Shown here: positions 1-8,549 of the stretch, piece by piece | Layout of the letters: each line of letters begins with the position of its first letter | How positions within the stretch are numbered: position 1 is the first letter of the stretch | Translations under genes and position numbers: made by a program | Notes under the pieces: model-generated | Seen by the model: only the letters and a program-made list of their open reading frames with translations | What the model was told of the DNA's origin: nothing | Databases searched by the model: none | Source: an uncultured bacterium | GTDB lineage: Bacteria > GCA-001730085 | Direction: 5' to 3' | DNA: 32,000 nucleotides | Assembly (NCBI GenBank): GCA_964565945.1 | Contig: CAZMGY010000025.1 | Location: 4,315-36,314, forward strand

Positions 1-1730
1 CTTTGAAACCACCCACGATGTTGGTCACTTCCTTCCAAATAAAGCTGCGCTGGAAACGCTAAACCTTCGGTCTGCTTCAAAACAGCATAATGGCTTGCTC
101 CAGAATCAAACCACACATCTAAAATGTCAGTCTCTTTTTCATACGATGTCCCTCCGCACAAAGGACATTCTTTTAAAGAACATAGTTCTTCTGAAGGTTC
201 GGAATACCAAACATCACACCCATCTTTACGCACACGATCCGCTACCTCGCGAATCAAATCCGCTTGCAAAATAGGCGTACGACACGAATCACAATAAAAC
301 ACAGGAATCGGAACACCCCAAGATCTCTGACGAGAAATACACCAATCGGGTCGATTTTTCACCATCTCGGACAAACGTGTTTGTCCCCACTCGGGCAACC
401 ATTGAACCCGTTCGATTGATTCCAAAACGCGTTCGCGCAAGCCTTGGTGATCCACATTAATAAACCATTGCTCAGTCGCACGAAAAATAACCGCTTTGCG
501 GCAACGCCAACAATGAGGGTAAGAGTGCTGAATATCCTCTTGATGATGCAGCACATCTAAGGATTTTAGTTTTTCGATAATAGGAGCATTGGCCGTAAAA
601 ACTTTTTGACCCGCAAATTCGGGCACCAAATCTGTAAACTCTGCACGAGCATTCACTGGTATAAACACACCTATCCCATACTCTTGGCCCACGCGAAAAT
701 CATCTTCACCATGACCTGGAGCAATATGAACACAACCTGTTCCATCTTCGACCGTTACAAAGTCGGCCAAAATCACCTGACGCTTTCCATTAAGCCCCTC
801 TACCTGCCCCATAAAGGGATGTGCATAGGTTAGCCCCTCCAAATCACTTCCTTGAACCGTCCCCAAGACCTTATATTGATCAACACCAGCCTTAGACATA
901 ATCGACTCGACCAGATTATGCGCCATCAGAACGGCCTCTCCCTCCAATTGAACACAGGCATATTTTAAATCGGGATGAACAGCCACAGCCATATTAGAAG
1001 GTAATGTCCAAGGTGTTGTTGTCCAGATCATAAGAGCGAGAGATCCTTCATAATCGATTTTCAAAGAGGTGTCTCCATTAGCATGACAAGCCAATTTTAC
1101 ATAAACAGACGGCGATGTATGATCACCATACTCAATTTCAGCTTCAGCCAAAGCCGTTTCGCAGTGCCCACACCAATAAATAGGTTTAAACCCCCGCTCG
1201 ATATAGTTTTTATCCACCAAATTAGCGAAGACCTCTAAAATACCTGCCTCATATTCGTAATTCATCGTTAAATAAGGATGATCCCAATGGCCCCAAATGC
1301 CCAAACGTTGAAACTCTTCACTTTGCAACTGTACAAATTCTTGGGCATAATCACGACACAGCTGACGCACTTCTAAAGGTCTTTTATGCTCTTTCTTTTT
1401 CTTCAAACGACTCATCACTTGATGTTCAATGGGAAGACCATGACAATCCCAGCCAGGAACATAAGAAACGTAAGAACCTTTCATTAAGCGATACCGCACC
1501 ACAATATCTTTCAAAATTTTGTTGAGCGCGTGCCCCATATGAATATGTCCATTCGCATAAGGAGGCCCATCATGCAAGGTGTACGAAACAGACTCATGTC
1601 TTTGGGCAAGCAATGTTTCATAAAGCTTAGACTGAGACCATTGCTCAGCCATCTTGGGCTCTTTTTGCGACAAGTTGGCCTTCATAGAAAATGAAGTTTG
1701 GGGTAAGTTAAGCGTTTCTTTGTAATTCAT
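1..1730 (-). CDS. ileS: Isoleucyl-tRNA synthetase, N-terminal ~576 codons (runs off the window edge)
   Basis: Absent from the ORF track because it is incomplete. My translation from ATG 1730..1728 gives MNYKETLNLPQTSFSMKANLSQKEPKMAEQWSQSKLYE...HDGPPYANGHIHMGHALNKILKD (HIGH-type motif). The same frame at positions 59..3 reads AFPAQLYLEGSDQHRGWFQ, a conserved IleRS motif. Confidence 0.9.
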   Translation of the reverse strand, partial: MNYKETLNLPQTSFSMKANLSQKEPKMAEQWSQSKLYETLLAQRHESVSYTLHDGPPYANGHIHMGHALNKILKDIVVRYRLMKGSYVSYVPGWDCHGLPIEHQVMSRLKKKKEHKRPLEVRQLCRDYAQEFVQLQSEEFQRLGIWGHWDHPYLTMNYEYEAGILEVFANLVDKNYIERGFKPIYWCGHCETALAEAEIEYGDHTSPSVYVKLACHANGDTSLKIDYEGSLALMIWTTTPWTLPSNMAVAVHPDLKYACVQLEGEAVLMAHNLVESIMSKAGVDQYKVLGTVQGSDLEGLTYAHPFMGQVEGLNGKRQVILADFVTVEDGTGCVHIAPGHGEDDFRVGQEYGIGVFIPVNARAEFTDLVPEFAGQKVFTANAPIIEKLKSLDVLHHQEDIQHSYPHCWRCRKAVIFRATEQWFINVDHQGLRERVLESIERVQWLPEWGQTRLSEMVKNRPDWCISRQRSWGVPIPVFYCDSCRTPILQADLIREVADRVRKDGCDVWYSEPSEELCSLKECPLCGGTSYEKETDILDVWFDSGASHYAVLKQTEGLAFPAQLYLEGSDQHRGWFQ

Positions 1731-1740
1731 AATCTAACCT

Positions 1741-2565
1741 TTATGCAGTCCATCTTTTCAAAAAAGACGTCACCAGACGACTCATTTTAGGCTCAGCCTC
1801 TTGGGCCACAGCAATAATTTCTTCAACATTTGCAGGCATCAAAGCATCTGGTAAACACATATCTGTCACACACGATATTCCTAATACCTTCAAACCTGCA
1901 TGCACCGCAACAATCACTTCGGGGACGGTCGACATTCCAATAACGTCAGCCCCCATCGCCCGCATGAATCGATACTCAGCTGCCGTTTCCAAACAAGGTC
2001 CCGTGACCCCAATATAGACCCCTCGATGAGCTTCTAAACCTTCGGTCAATGCAACCTCACAGGCCAGATCTTGACAATTCTTTGTGTAAGAGTCGGACAT
2101 ATCGGGAAAGCGTGGGCCTAAACGATCATCATTAGAACCCACTAAAGGGTTCACACCCATAAAATTAATATGGTCACTTATTATAACCAAATCGCCTGTC
2201 TTGTAAAGCGGATTCAAGCCTCCCGCGGCATTCGAAACAACTAATAAATCCACGCCTAAAGCTTTCATAACACGCACAGGAAACGTAATTTGATCCAATC
2301 TATACCCTTCATAAAAGTGAAACCGGCCTTGCATCGCAACAATAGGGCAACCAGCGAGGTACCCCGCTAAAAAGTCACCTTCGTGCGACTCTACAGTGGA
2401 TTGAGCAAAGTGAGGAATATCTTTATAGGCAACGCAAGCTGTTTGCTCCATTGTTTGAGCTAAATCTCCCAAACCTGTCCCTAAAATAAGTCCCACCTTA
2501 GGAGTTACATTGATTTGAGGCTGCAAAAACTCAACCGCCTGATTGATATACTTCATTAATTCCAT
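1741..2565 (-). CDS. punA: Purine nucleoside phosphorylase (trimeric PNP-I / PunA type)
   Basis: 274 aa ORF containing GLILGTGLG, AMQGRFHFYEGY, FPVRVMKALGV, SNAAGGLN, GPRFPDMS and GMSTVPEVIVA, the characteristic PunA blocks. It lies 10 nt upstream of the ileS start on the same strand. Confidence 0.85.
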   Translation of the reverse strand: MELMKYINQAVEFLQPQINVTPKVGLILGTGLGDLAQTMEQTACVAYKDIPHFAQSTVESHEGDFLAGYLAGCPIVAMQGRFHFYEGYRLDQITFPVRVMKALGVDLLVVSNAAGGLNPLYKTGDLVIISDHINFMGVNPLVGSNDDRLGPRFPDMSDSYTKNCQDLACEVALTEGLEAHRGVYIGVTGPCLETAAEYRFMRAMGADVIGMSTVPEVIVAVHAGLKVLGISCVTDMCLPDALMPANVEEIIAVAQEAEPKMSRLVTSFLKRWTA

Positions 2566-2583
2566 GATCGTTATCTCTTATCC

Positions 2584-2919
2584 TTAACTTAAACTATGAT
2601 CTTTGCCAATACTGCATTGAGGATCTTCCCCAGCAGGTCCAATCGTGTAGCTACCTCCAGCGAGACAGGACCCCAAAGAAGAATCCTGAGGAATGTGACC
2701 CTTAATCATGCTCCAAGAACAAATCGCGCCCTTCGGTTTTTCAGGCTCTTTAGCCCAGTGTTTTTTTGCCTCTCGTAAAATAGATAAATTATGCACACAA
2801 AAATGAGTTTCTGATTTCCGCTTAACATTCACGAAATTAGGAACAGCGATCGCGGCAAGCAACGCTAAGACCGCAACGATGATCATAATATCCATTAGGC
2901 TAAAACCTTGCCGACCCAT
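2584..2919 (-). CDS. Prepilin-type N-terminal cleavage/methylation domain protein (pseudopilin-like)
   Basis: The N-terminus MGRQGFSLMDIMIIVAVLALLAAIAVPNF matches the type IV pilin / T2SS pseudopilin leader plus hydrophobic helix. It is small (111 aa) with a Cys-containing C-terminal domain. Confidence 0.7.
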   Translation of the reverse strand: MGRQGFSLMDIMIIVAVLALLAAIAVPNFVNVKRKSETHFCVHNLSILREAKKHWAKEPEKPKGAICSWSMIKGHIPQDSSLGSCLAGGSYTIGPAGEDPQCSIGKDHSLS

Positions 2920-2992
2920 CTATTCCCCACCTCTTCTCACCAGTAAAAAATCTATTGTATCATCCCCTTCCCTAGAAGAAAAAGCCGAACCA

Positions 2993-3991
2993 TCAGACCC
3001 AATTCAAAAGAGGTAAACAAGGAAGAGCATCTAAATTCAAAGTATCAGTATGGCCTGCTTTCCATTTTTGGTAGGCAAGGCCGCCAATCATAGCCGCATT
3101 ATCAGCCGAAAGCCCCCTGCCTGGAAATGTCACTTGAATTCCAGCGGCCTCGCTTTGTTCGAGCATCACCTCACGTAAACGGCTGTTCAGGGAGACGCCT
3201 CCTCCCACAGCAAGGTGACTCACTCCACATTGTTCAACAGCCAGCAACGATTTTTTGCAGAGCACATCCACTACGGCCTCTTGAAACGACGCACATACGT
3301 CAGCCACATTTTCATTAGGATGATCCTTTAAATGGTAAAGAACAGCCGTTTTAAGCCCGCTAAAACTAAACGCCAAGGGGTTAGCCTTCACCTGACCACG
3401 AGGAAACTTAATTTTGTCTCGCTCCCCCTCTTTGGCAAGCTTATCAACAATAGGTCCTCCTGGATACCCTAGATCCAACATCTTGGCCACTTTGTCAAAC
3501 GCTTCTCCTGCAGCATCATCACAGGTTTGCCCCAAAACACGATATGTTCCCCAAGCCGAAACCCCCGCCAACAATGTGTGCCCTCCCGAAACGATCAAAC
3601 CAACACAGGGTAAAGTGGCTTTTTGCCCCATAAAATTAGCGTATATGTGAGCTTCAATATGATTGACACCAATCAAAGGCTTCTTGTAATGAAACGCTAA
3701 ACTTTTAGCACAACTCAAGCCCACCATTAAAGCTCCAATCAAGCCTGGACCGTATGTAACAGCAAATGCATCAATATCATCTAACGAACAAGCGGCAACC
3801 TCAATAGCCTGATCAACAAGGGGCAACAAAGCCTCTTCATGTGCCCGACACGCCAACTCGGGCACAACACCACCAAAACGTTTGTGCAATTCAACTTGGG
3901 ACGAGATAATATTGCTCAAAATACGATCACCAAACTCAACCACGGATACCGAAGTTTCATCACACGAAGTTTCAATAGCAAGAATTTTCAT
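2993..3991 (-). CDS. tsaD: tRNA N6-adenosine threonylcarbamoyltransferase TsaD (Kae1/Gcp family)
   Basis: MKILAIETSCDETSVSVV..., GVNHIEAHIYA, GLIVSGGHT and GYPGGPIVDKLA are canonical TsaD motifs. Confidence 0.9.
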   Translation of the reverse strand: MKILAIETSCDETSVSVVEFGDRILSNIISSQVELHKRFGGVVPELACRAHEEALLPLVDQAIEVAACSLDDIDAFAVTYGPGLIGALMVGLSCAKSLAFHYKKPLIGVNHIEAHIYANFMGQKATLPCVGLIVSGGHTLLAGVSAWGTYRVLGQTCDDAAGEAFDKVAKMLDLGYPGGPIVDKLAKEGERDKIKFPRGQVKANPLAFSFSGLKTAVLYHLKDHPNENVADVCASFQEAVVDVLCKKSLLAVEQCGVSHLAVGGGVSLNSRLREVMLEQSEAAGIQVTFPGRGLSADNAAMIGGLAYQKWKAGHTDTLNLDALPCLPLLNWV

Positions 3992-4665
3992 CTTATATCC
4001 TTATATATGTGTTTCATTAATGGACGAGGATCAATATTCAACGTTCCCATAAGCAATAAAAACGTATTAATCATCCGTTGTTTAGTGGCACCTACTTTTT
4101 GATAGCGTCGCGAACACGCAATCACAAATTTATCTTTAAACACATGCACAGACCCCTGGTTTCTTAAACGTCGATACAAATCCACATCTTCAAAAAAAGC
4201 CTTTTCGTCAAAACCTCCAAGCGCTTCAAAGTGTTCTCGTAACACAAAAAAACCTTGGTCTCCAAAAGAAAAACGATGAAATTGTGTCCCCCAAGAATGA
4301 ATTCTATTCAAAAAAGAGTCTTCATCAAACTTTAGACGAAATCGCCCAGCTATCATCTCTGTTTCTTCGAAGCATCCACGAATGAAGCACAAAGCCTTCT
4401 CTGGCAAAGAAACATCGCAATGCAAAAAAAGAAGAATCTCTCCAAAAGTATGCCTAGCACCAGTGTTCATCTGGCACGCGCGCCCTTTCTCCGAAGACAA
4501 AACTTTAATGGGGAATTTTTGAGCCTTAGCCCAAGTATCATCGACACTTCCACCATCCACAACACAAATTTCATTGGCTCCATAAGAGAGCAAAGCCTCC
4601 AATTTCTGCTCAATGCTCACAGCTTCATTGTAAACAGGCACAATAATCGATACCGTACGACTCAT
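3988..4665 (-). CDS. Family-2 glycosyltransferase, rSAM/selenodomain-associated transferase 2 type (TIGR04283-like)
   Basis: VSIIVPVYNEA...VVDGGSVDDT...GRACQMNTGA...LLFLHCDVSLP...FGDQGFFV...ACSRRY fits the TIGR04283 pattern as I recall it. An ATGA overlap joins it to the tsaD start. It sits in a cluster with a DUF2064 gene and arsS. Confidence 0.7.
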   Translation of the reverse strand: MSRTVSIIVPVYNEAVSIEQKLEALLSYGANEICVVDGGSVDDTWAKAQKFPIKVLSSEKGRACQMNTGARHTFGEILLFLHCDVSLPEKALCFIRGCFEETEMIAGRFRLKFDEDSFLNRIHSWGTQFHRFSFGDQGFFVLREHFEALGGFDEKAFFEDVDLYRRLRNQGSVHVFKDKFVIACSRRYQKVGATKQRMINTFLLLMGTLNIDPRPLMKHIYKDIR

Positions 4666-4769
4666 ATTTTTCGATCCTTAACAAACCCTATCATTATACA
4701 TGGATCCAGGCTGTCGACCATCTTGATTAATTCCACCAATTCTGGTAGAGAACATTGACGTAATTCAAT

Positions 4770-5103
4770 GTAAAAATAATAAAATTGTCTTTGCTCGGCA
4801 TAATCACAGGAGTTGTGGCAGGTCTTGTAGCAGTCATTCTAACATCCAGTTGTGTAAGCGCTCTTGATGCCGTATGAATAGGCGTTGGGTCCTGGATCAT
4901 TTGCTACATCTTCGTAGCCTACATTAAACCTAAATTGGGATACGACGATACCTTAGACGCCTTTGGTTTTCATGAAATCGACGGTGTACGGGGAGCGCCT
5001 TGACCACAGGTCTTTGGACCTCACCAAAGTGAATTTCGACGGAGCCAAGGGCCTTTTATGGCAATCCAGAATTATTTTTGATCCAAATCAAAGCCACTTT
5101 AAA
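4770..5103 (+). pseudogene. amt: Relic of an ammonium transporter (Amt/AmtB) gene, C-terminal ~110 codons with in-frame stops
   Basis: My translation gives KLSLLGIITGVVAGLVAVILTSSCVSALDAV*IGVGSWIICYIFVAYIKPKLGYDDTLDAFGFHEIDGVRGAP*PQVFG. This parallels E. coli AmtB KPSLLGACSGAIAGLVGVTPA...ALIIGVVAGL...LKRLLRVDDPCDVFGVHGVCGIVGCIMTGIFA. There are at least 3 stops, the N-terminal ~300 codons are missing, and there is no ORF of 60 aa or more. Confidence 0.7.
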
Positions 5104-5165
5104 GCCTAAAGAAGCTACTCCCGAGGCAAACACCACTTCCTCCTCCAATCACTATCACATAATAA

Positions 5166-5792
5166 TCACACTTCATTGTCGCCATCTTTCCTCAAGCTCT
5201 TCAAGTATCTCTCCAGATCCTCCACGGTATCAATATCGTACCAAGGTCTAAGCTCTTTAAAACTTAGGTTAAGTTTGTGTATGCCAGCCAAGGTTTGTGC
5301 AAAAACTCTCTTTGAACTCCATTCAATCGAATCAAACAACGCTTTATCATAAAACTTAGCCTGTACCCCTATCAAATAATATCCCCCATCTTCTGTTACG
5401 CCAATCACAACATTTTTATTTTTTAAGTGTTCATTAGCCAAATAAATCTGTTTTACAGGTAAATCAGGACTATCGCTTCCCACAACCATCACACTTTGGT
5501 ACCCTTGATTGATCACATAACGAAAACACGAATGCAATCGTTCACCTAAATCATGACCCTTTTGCTCTAACACATGTTGAGCACCTAGCCACTCCGTCCA
5601 AATGTCTGAGGATGAATTTGGAGTATGACAAAGCCATACATCGGCCGATACATGTTGAATTTTTTGCCAAAGGACCTCAACAAAGTGCCGATAATACATC
5701 AAAGCGCGATTATCGCCTATCGACTTAGCCAAACGGGTTTTGACCTTACCTAAAACAGGTTCCTTAACAAAAAATAAAAGAGCTGTCGTCAC
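5166..5792 (-). CDS. DUF2064 / rSAM-selenodomain-associated transferase 1 type (TIGR04282-like)
   Basis: The N-terminus TTALLFFVKEPVLGKVKTRLA is the DUF2064 signature. GTG start at 5792 with GGAAGG 7 nt upstream. Neighbourhood includes the TIGR04283-like GT and arsS. Confidence 0.65.
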   Translation of the reverse strand: MTTALLFFVKEPVLGKVKTRLAKSIGDNRALMYYRHFVEVLWQKIQHVSADVWLCHTPNSSSDIWTEWLGAQHVLEQKGHDLGERLHSCFRYVINQGYQSVMVVGSDSPDLPVKQIYLANEHLKNKNVVIGVTEDGGYYLIGVQAKFYDKALFDSIEWSSKRVFAQTLAGIHKLNLSFKELRPWYDIDTVEDLERYLKSLRKDGDNEV

Positions 5793-5893
5793 AATAGGCC
5801 TTCCTAAGACGAAGACTTAAGTTGGTATATCCTCCAACGCAAATCCTTACGATTGTTCAGAGGGACATGGGGCGCTATATACGAAAACAAAAC

Positions 5894-5983
5894 CTAAGCA
5901 TAGTCGTCATCTTTAAGATCGGCATTCCCATAAAGAGCCGTCGCCATAATCGCAAAAAACAACATAATAACGCCTAATCTCAT
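5894..5983 (-). CDS. Candidate 29-codon ORF translationally coupled to arsS (MRLGVIMLFFAIMATALYGNADLKDDDYA)
   Basis: Its ATG overlaps the arsS TGA stop as ATGA. AGGAG lies 7 nt upstream, inside the arsS 3' end. The N-terminus is hydrophobic and signal-like, the tail is acidic. It is below the ORF-track size cutoff and I recognise no homology. Confidence 0.3.
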   Translation of the reverse strand: MRLGVIMLFFAIMATALYGNADLKDDDYA

Positions 5984-6951
5984 AAGGTCGCTCCTGTACA
6001 ACTCGATCCATAACCAGCCGTGCAACCATAACAGTAAGATCCAGTCACAATTTCATATTTGCTACGTATCACTTCATCCAAATTGTTCACTGTCATCACT
6101 CGACCATTCGAATCACGTATGGGCTGTTTCTCCTGTTGATTAAAATCACAGTGATACAAAGTTCCGTGCCAATCAACGTTGATCAAGGAACGGCACATAA
6201 CCGCTTCTGCTACTTTAGTGTTAAAATGATCTGCTAACAGTTGTGTGTACGACTCTAAACGACCTTCTTTGCGCAAAAAATGTTTAAAACGACCGACTGG
6301 CAAATTAGCCAAAGCAAACAATCCCGTAAACTCTATGTCATATCTATCCCGCAATTCCTTGCGGTAGTGATCTTCAAGAATATTCTGTGGACTAGGTAAA
6401 AAATCTCCCGAAGGATTGTAAACCAAATAAAGATTCAAATCACAACCATAACCTCTTTGGTTCAATTGCCTTAATGCTTCAATGCTTTTATCAAAAACAC
6501 CCTTCCCTCTTTGTTCATCCACCGTTTTTTCTGTGTAACAAGGCAACGACGCCACTAAAGTAATTTTTCGCTGAGCGTACCATTCTGGTAAATCTATCAT
6601 CCCTGGTTCAAAAAAAACAGTTAAATTAGTCCGTACCATCACTCGATTCATGTAGGGTTGAGCTTGATCGACAAATGTTTGAAAGTTAGGATTCATTTCG
6701 GGAGCCCCACCCGTTATATCTAGGCAATCAATTTTATGCCTCATTATAAATGCAATGATGTTATCAAACGTGTCTTGTTCCATATTATTGCGACCATTAG
6801 GGCTAGCAGTAACATGGCAATGAACACAGGTCTGATTGCAAAGGTTCCCCACATTGATTTGCAAAGTTTCAATTTTCTTAGGAACCATTAAAGAAGGGTC
6901 AATAGCAAGCATGGTTTGGCGAAAGGCCTTCACTCCAGTCATGGACATCAA
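5980..6951 (-). CDS. arsS: Radical SAM / Cys-rich domain protein, ArsS family (TIGR04167-like)
   Basis: LQINVGNLCNQTCVHCHV (CxxxCxxC), DITGGAPEMNP, VASLPCY, QRGKGVF, MCRSLINVDWHGTLYHCDFNQ and the C-terminal CYGCTAGYGSSCTGA. The start is TTG 6951 or the adjacent ATG 6948; GGAGG lies upstream. Confidence 0.8.
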   Translation of the reverse strand: MMSMTGVKAFRQTMLAIDPSLMVPKKIETLQINVGNLCNQTCVHCHVTASPNGRNNMEQDTFDNIIAFIMRHKIDCLDITGGAPEMNPNFQTFVDQAQPYMNRVMVRTNLTVFFEPGMIDLPEWYAQRKITLVASLPCYTEKTVDEQRGKGVFDKSIEALRQLNQRGYGCDLNLYLVYNPSGDFLPSPQNILEDHYRKELRDRYDIEFTGLFALANLPVGRFKHFLRKEGRLESYTQLLADHFNTKVAEAVMCRSLINVDWHGTLYHCDFNQQEKQPIRDSNGRVMTVNNLDEVIRSKYEIVTGSYCYGCTAGYGSSCTGATL

Positions 6952-7055
6952 TAACAGCCTCCACTCAAAACAAGCTCTTCACTTGCTACAACAACAGGCT
7001 TACAGTCAAAATTCAAGGTTTCATCTGTTGTTCTTCATGGCGATAAGATAGCTAA

Positions 7056-7274
7056 TTATTCCTTGGTCATATTCGACACCCATCACGGGACCCTACTAAT
7101 TTGGAGGCTAAAAACATATCTCACTGTTCCACATCCTAAATCAAGAACAATAAACCCCTGCATTGCTAAAGAAAGCGGTGAAGCACAATCATAAAAATGA
7201 CCCAAAACTTCGTCATCAATCATTTTCAAAAGAGTTTTAGGGTCTTCCAGAATGACATCACTTAAACAGCACCC
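7056..7274 (-). pseudogene. arsM: Relic of an arsenite S-adenosylmethionine methyltransferase (ArsM/AS3MT-like), N-terminal part only
   Basis: My translation gives GCCLSDVILEDPKTLLKMIDDEVLGHFYDCASPLSLAMQGFIVLDLGCGTVRYVFSLQISRVP*WVSNMTKE*. This parallels the ArsM pattern ...ACC...EV...FYGCG.P.P..L.G..VLDLGCGSGRD.Y.LS.LVG..G.V.GVDMT.EQ. The Gly-rich SAM motif is corrupted, two stops are present, and the remaining ~200 codons are missing. Confidence 0.6.
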
Positions 7275-7298
7275 TTATGTTGAGGGGAAGTTTAAAAT

Positions 7299-7673
7299 TT
7301 AGTAATGCTGATGAGCTCCATCATGATCGTGCATCGCACGCTGAGCGTCAATGATTGAATGATATTTTTTAATTACATTAGGAGCGGTGTATTTCTCGGG
7401 ATTGCTTTGAAACATACTCAACTGTTTTTGTGCAGGAAAATAGTAGGTTTCCCCCTTGTATTGTGCTTGAAATTTAGGATTCCCCTTCATGACATGTCCC
7501 ATTTCGACCACACATACTGCACAATGGCCTTCCAATGCTACGTTATCTTTGTGTTCAACTTTTTTTTGACGATGGTCATCATTATCAAAGTGACCATAGC
7601 CTCCTCCCGAAGCCATCAAAATATGCCCCCTCATGCTCAGCCCTATAACCATCAATAACATAATTTTTTTCAT
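7299..7673 (-). CDS. Secreted YHS-domain protein with His-rich C-terminus
   Basis: Preferred start is ATG 7673 (MKKIMLLMVIGLSMRG..., signal-like) with GGTGAGGG upstream; the track ORF starts earlier and overlaps the sigma gene. The core ALEGHCAVCVVEMGHVMKGNPKFQAQYKGETYYFPAQKQLSMFQSNPEKY fits the YHS-domain family. The tail is HDHDGAHQHY. Confidence 0.6.
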   Translation of the reverse strand: MKKIMLLMVIGLSMRGHILMASGGGYGHFDNDDHRQKKVEHKDNVALEGHCAVCVVEMGHVMKGNPKFQAQYKGETYYFPAQKQLSMFQSNPEKYTAPNVIKKYHSIIDAQRAMHDHDGAHQHY

Positions 7674-7701
7674 AATACCCTCACCATTTATCACGTTAAC
7701 A

Positions 7702-8289
7702 CTACTCTTTCCCCTTACCAAACCCCTCTAGACTCAAACAATCTCTTAAACGGGCTCTTGCACGGTGCAACAAAACCCACAGGTTGGTCGATGAAATACC
7801 TAAAACCTTACACACCTCTTCCGAACTGAATCCATCTACTTCCTTCATATAAAAAGCACGCGCTTGTTTATCTGGCAATACCGACAAAGAGTTTTGTAAA
7901 GTTAACCAAAACTCTTTATTCTCGGTCAACTGCGCTGGATCAAAAAACCATTCCGAAGAGGGAGTCTTCCATTGTCCATTATTTTGAAAGAGCTGAGCCA
8001 GCCACTCATCGTTCTCCACAGCATCTGTGCTTTGATACTTTTGATTTTTACGGATCAAATCTACAATTTTATGCTTCAAAATTCCTGTTAACCAGGTAAA
8101 CTCCGTAGATTGACCAGCAAAATTATGCCGCGATTTAAGTGCTGCTAAAAAGGTTTCTTGCACAGCATTTTCCGCATCAGCCCGATTCTTCAAACGAGAC
8201 AAAGCAAAATAAAACAAGCGCTTTCCATAGGTATCGACCCACAAGTCGGGATCAATAGGCTCATGTTTCATATCCTTAGCCGTTGACAT
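7702..8289 (-). CDS. ECF-type RNA polymerase sigma-70 family factor
   Basis: 195 aa. Region 2 (FYFALSRLKNRADAENAVQETFLAAL) and region 4 HTH (FYMKEVDGFSSEEVCKVLGISSTNLWVLLHRARARLRD) are both present. The TAG stop here shows TAG is a genuine terminator in this genome. Confidence 0.85.
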   Translation of the reverse strand: MSTAKDMKHEPIDPDLWVDTYGKRLFYFALSRLKNRADAENAVQETFLAALKSRHNFAGQSTEFTWLTGILKHKIVDLIRKNQKYQSTDAVENDEWLAQLFQNNGQWKTPSSEWFFDPAQLTENKEFWLTLQNSLSVLPDKQARAFYMKEVDGFSSEEVCKVLGISSTNLWVLLHRARARLRDCLSLEGFGKGKE

Positions 8290-8375
8290 TCTCCATCTCC
8301 ATGCTTCTTATTTACCCCTACGTGGTCAAATCCTTGCTCCTAAAGATTACATCTTTTGAGCAAAAACACGAATGT

Positions 8376-8384
8376 ATTATACCA
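8376..8384 (-). promoter_or_regulatory. Candidate extended -10 promoter element (TGGTATAAT) upstream of the ECF sigma gene
   Basis: The minus strand reads TTAAAA-N17-TATAAT with TG at the extended -10 position, about 90 nt upstream of the sigma start. This rests on sequence pattern only. Confidence 0.35.
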
Positions 8385-8549
8385 TGATCGGTAACTCATT
8401 TTAAATAAAGGATATTAAACCATCTAATTTATCTAGCTTGATTAAGCGAAACAGAATTAAGACAATTCAAGAACACCAAAGGCTCTTGTTCATATTAAGA
8501 GTAATTCAAAGTAACAATCACTCCAAATACCCATTTCGTTCAAAATTAC

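Noticed and set aside
5980-5982. Possible selenocysteine read-through of the arsS TGA, since some family members are selenoproteins
   Set aside because: The Cys-rich C-terminal motif is already complete with Cys residues before the TGA. The downstream frame hits another stop after one codon, and I could not find a SECIS-like hairpin.
6836-7051. 71-aa plus-strand ORF spanning the arsS start and the upstream gap
   Set aside because: It overlaps the arsS N-terminus in antisense. The gap is better explained by the arsM relic on the minus strand.
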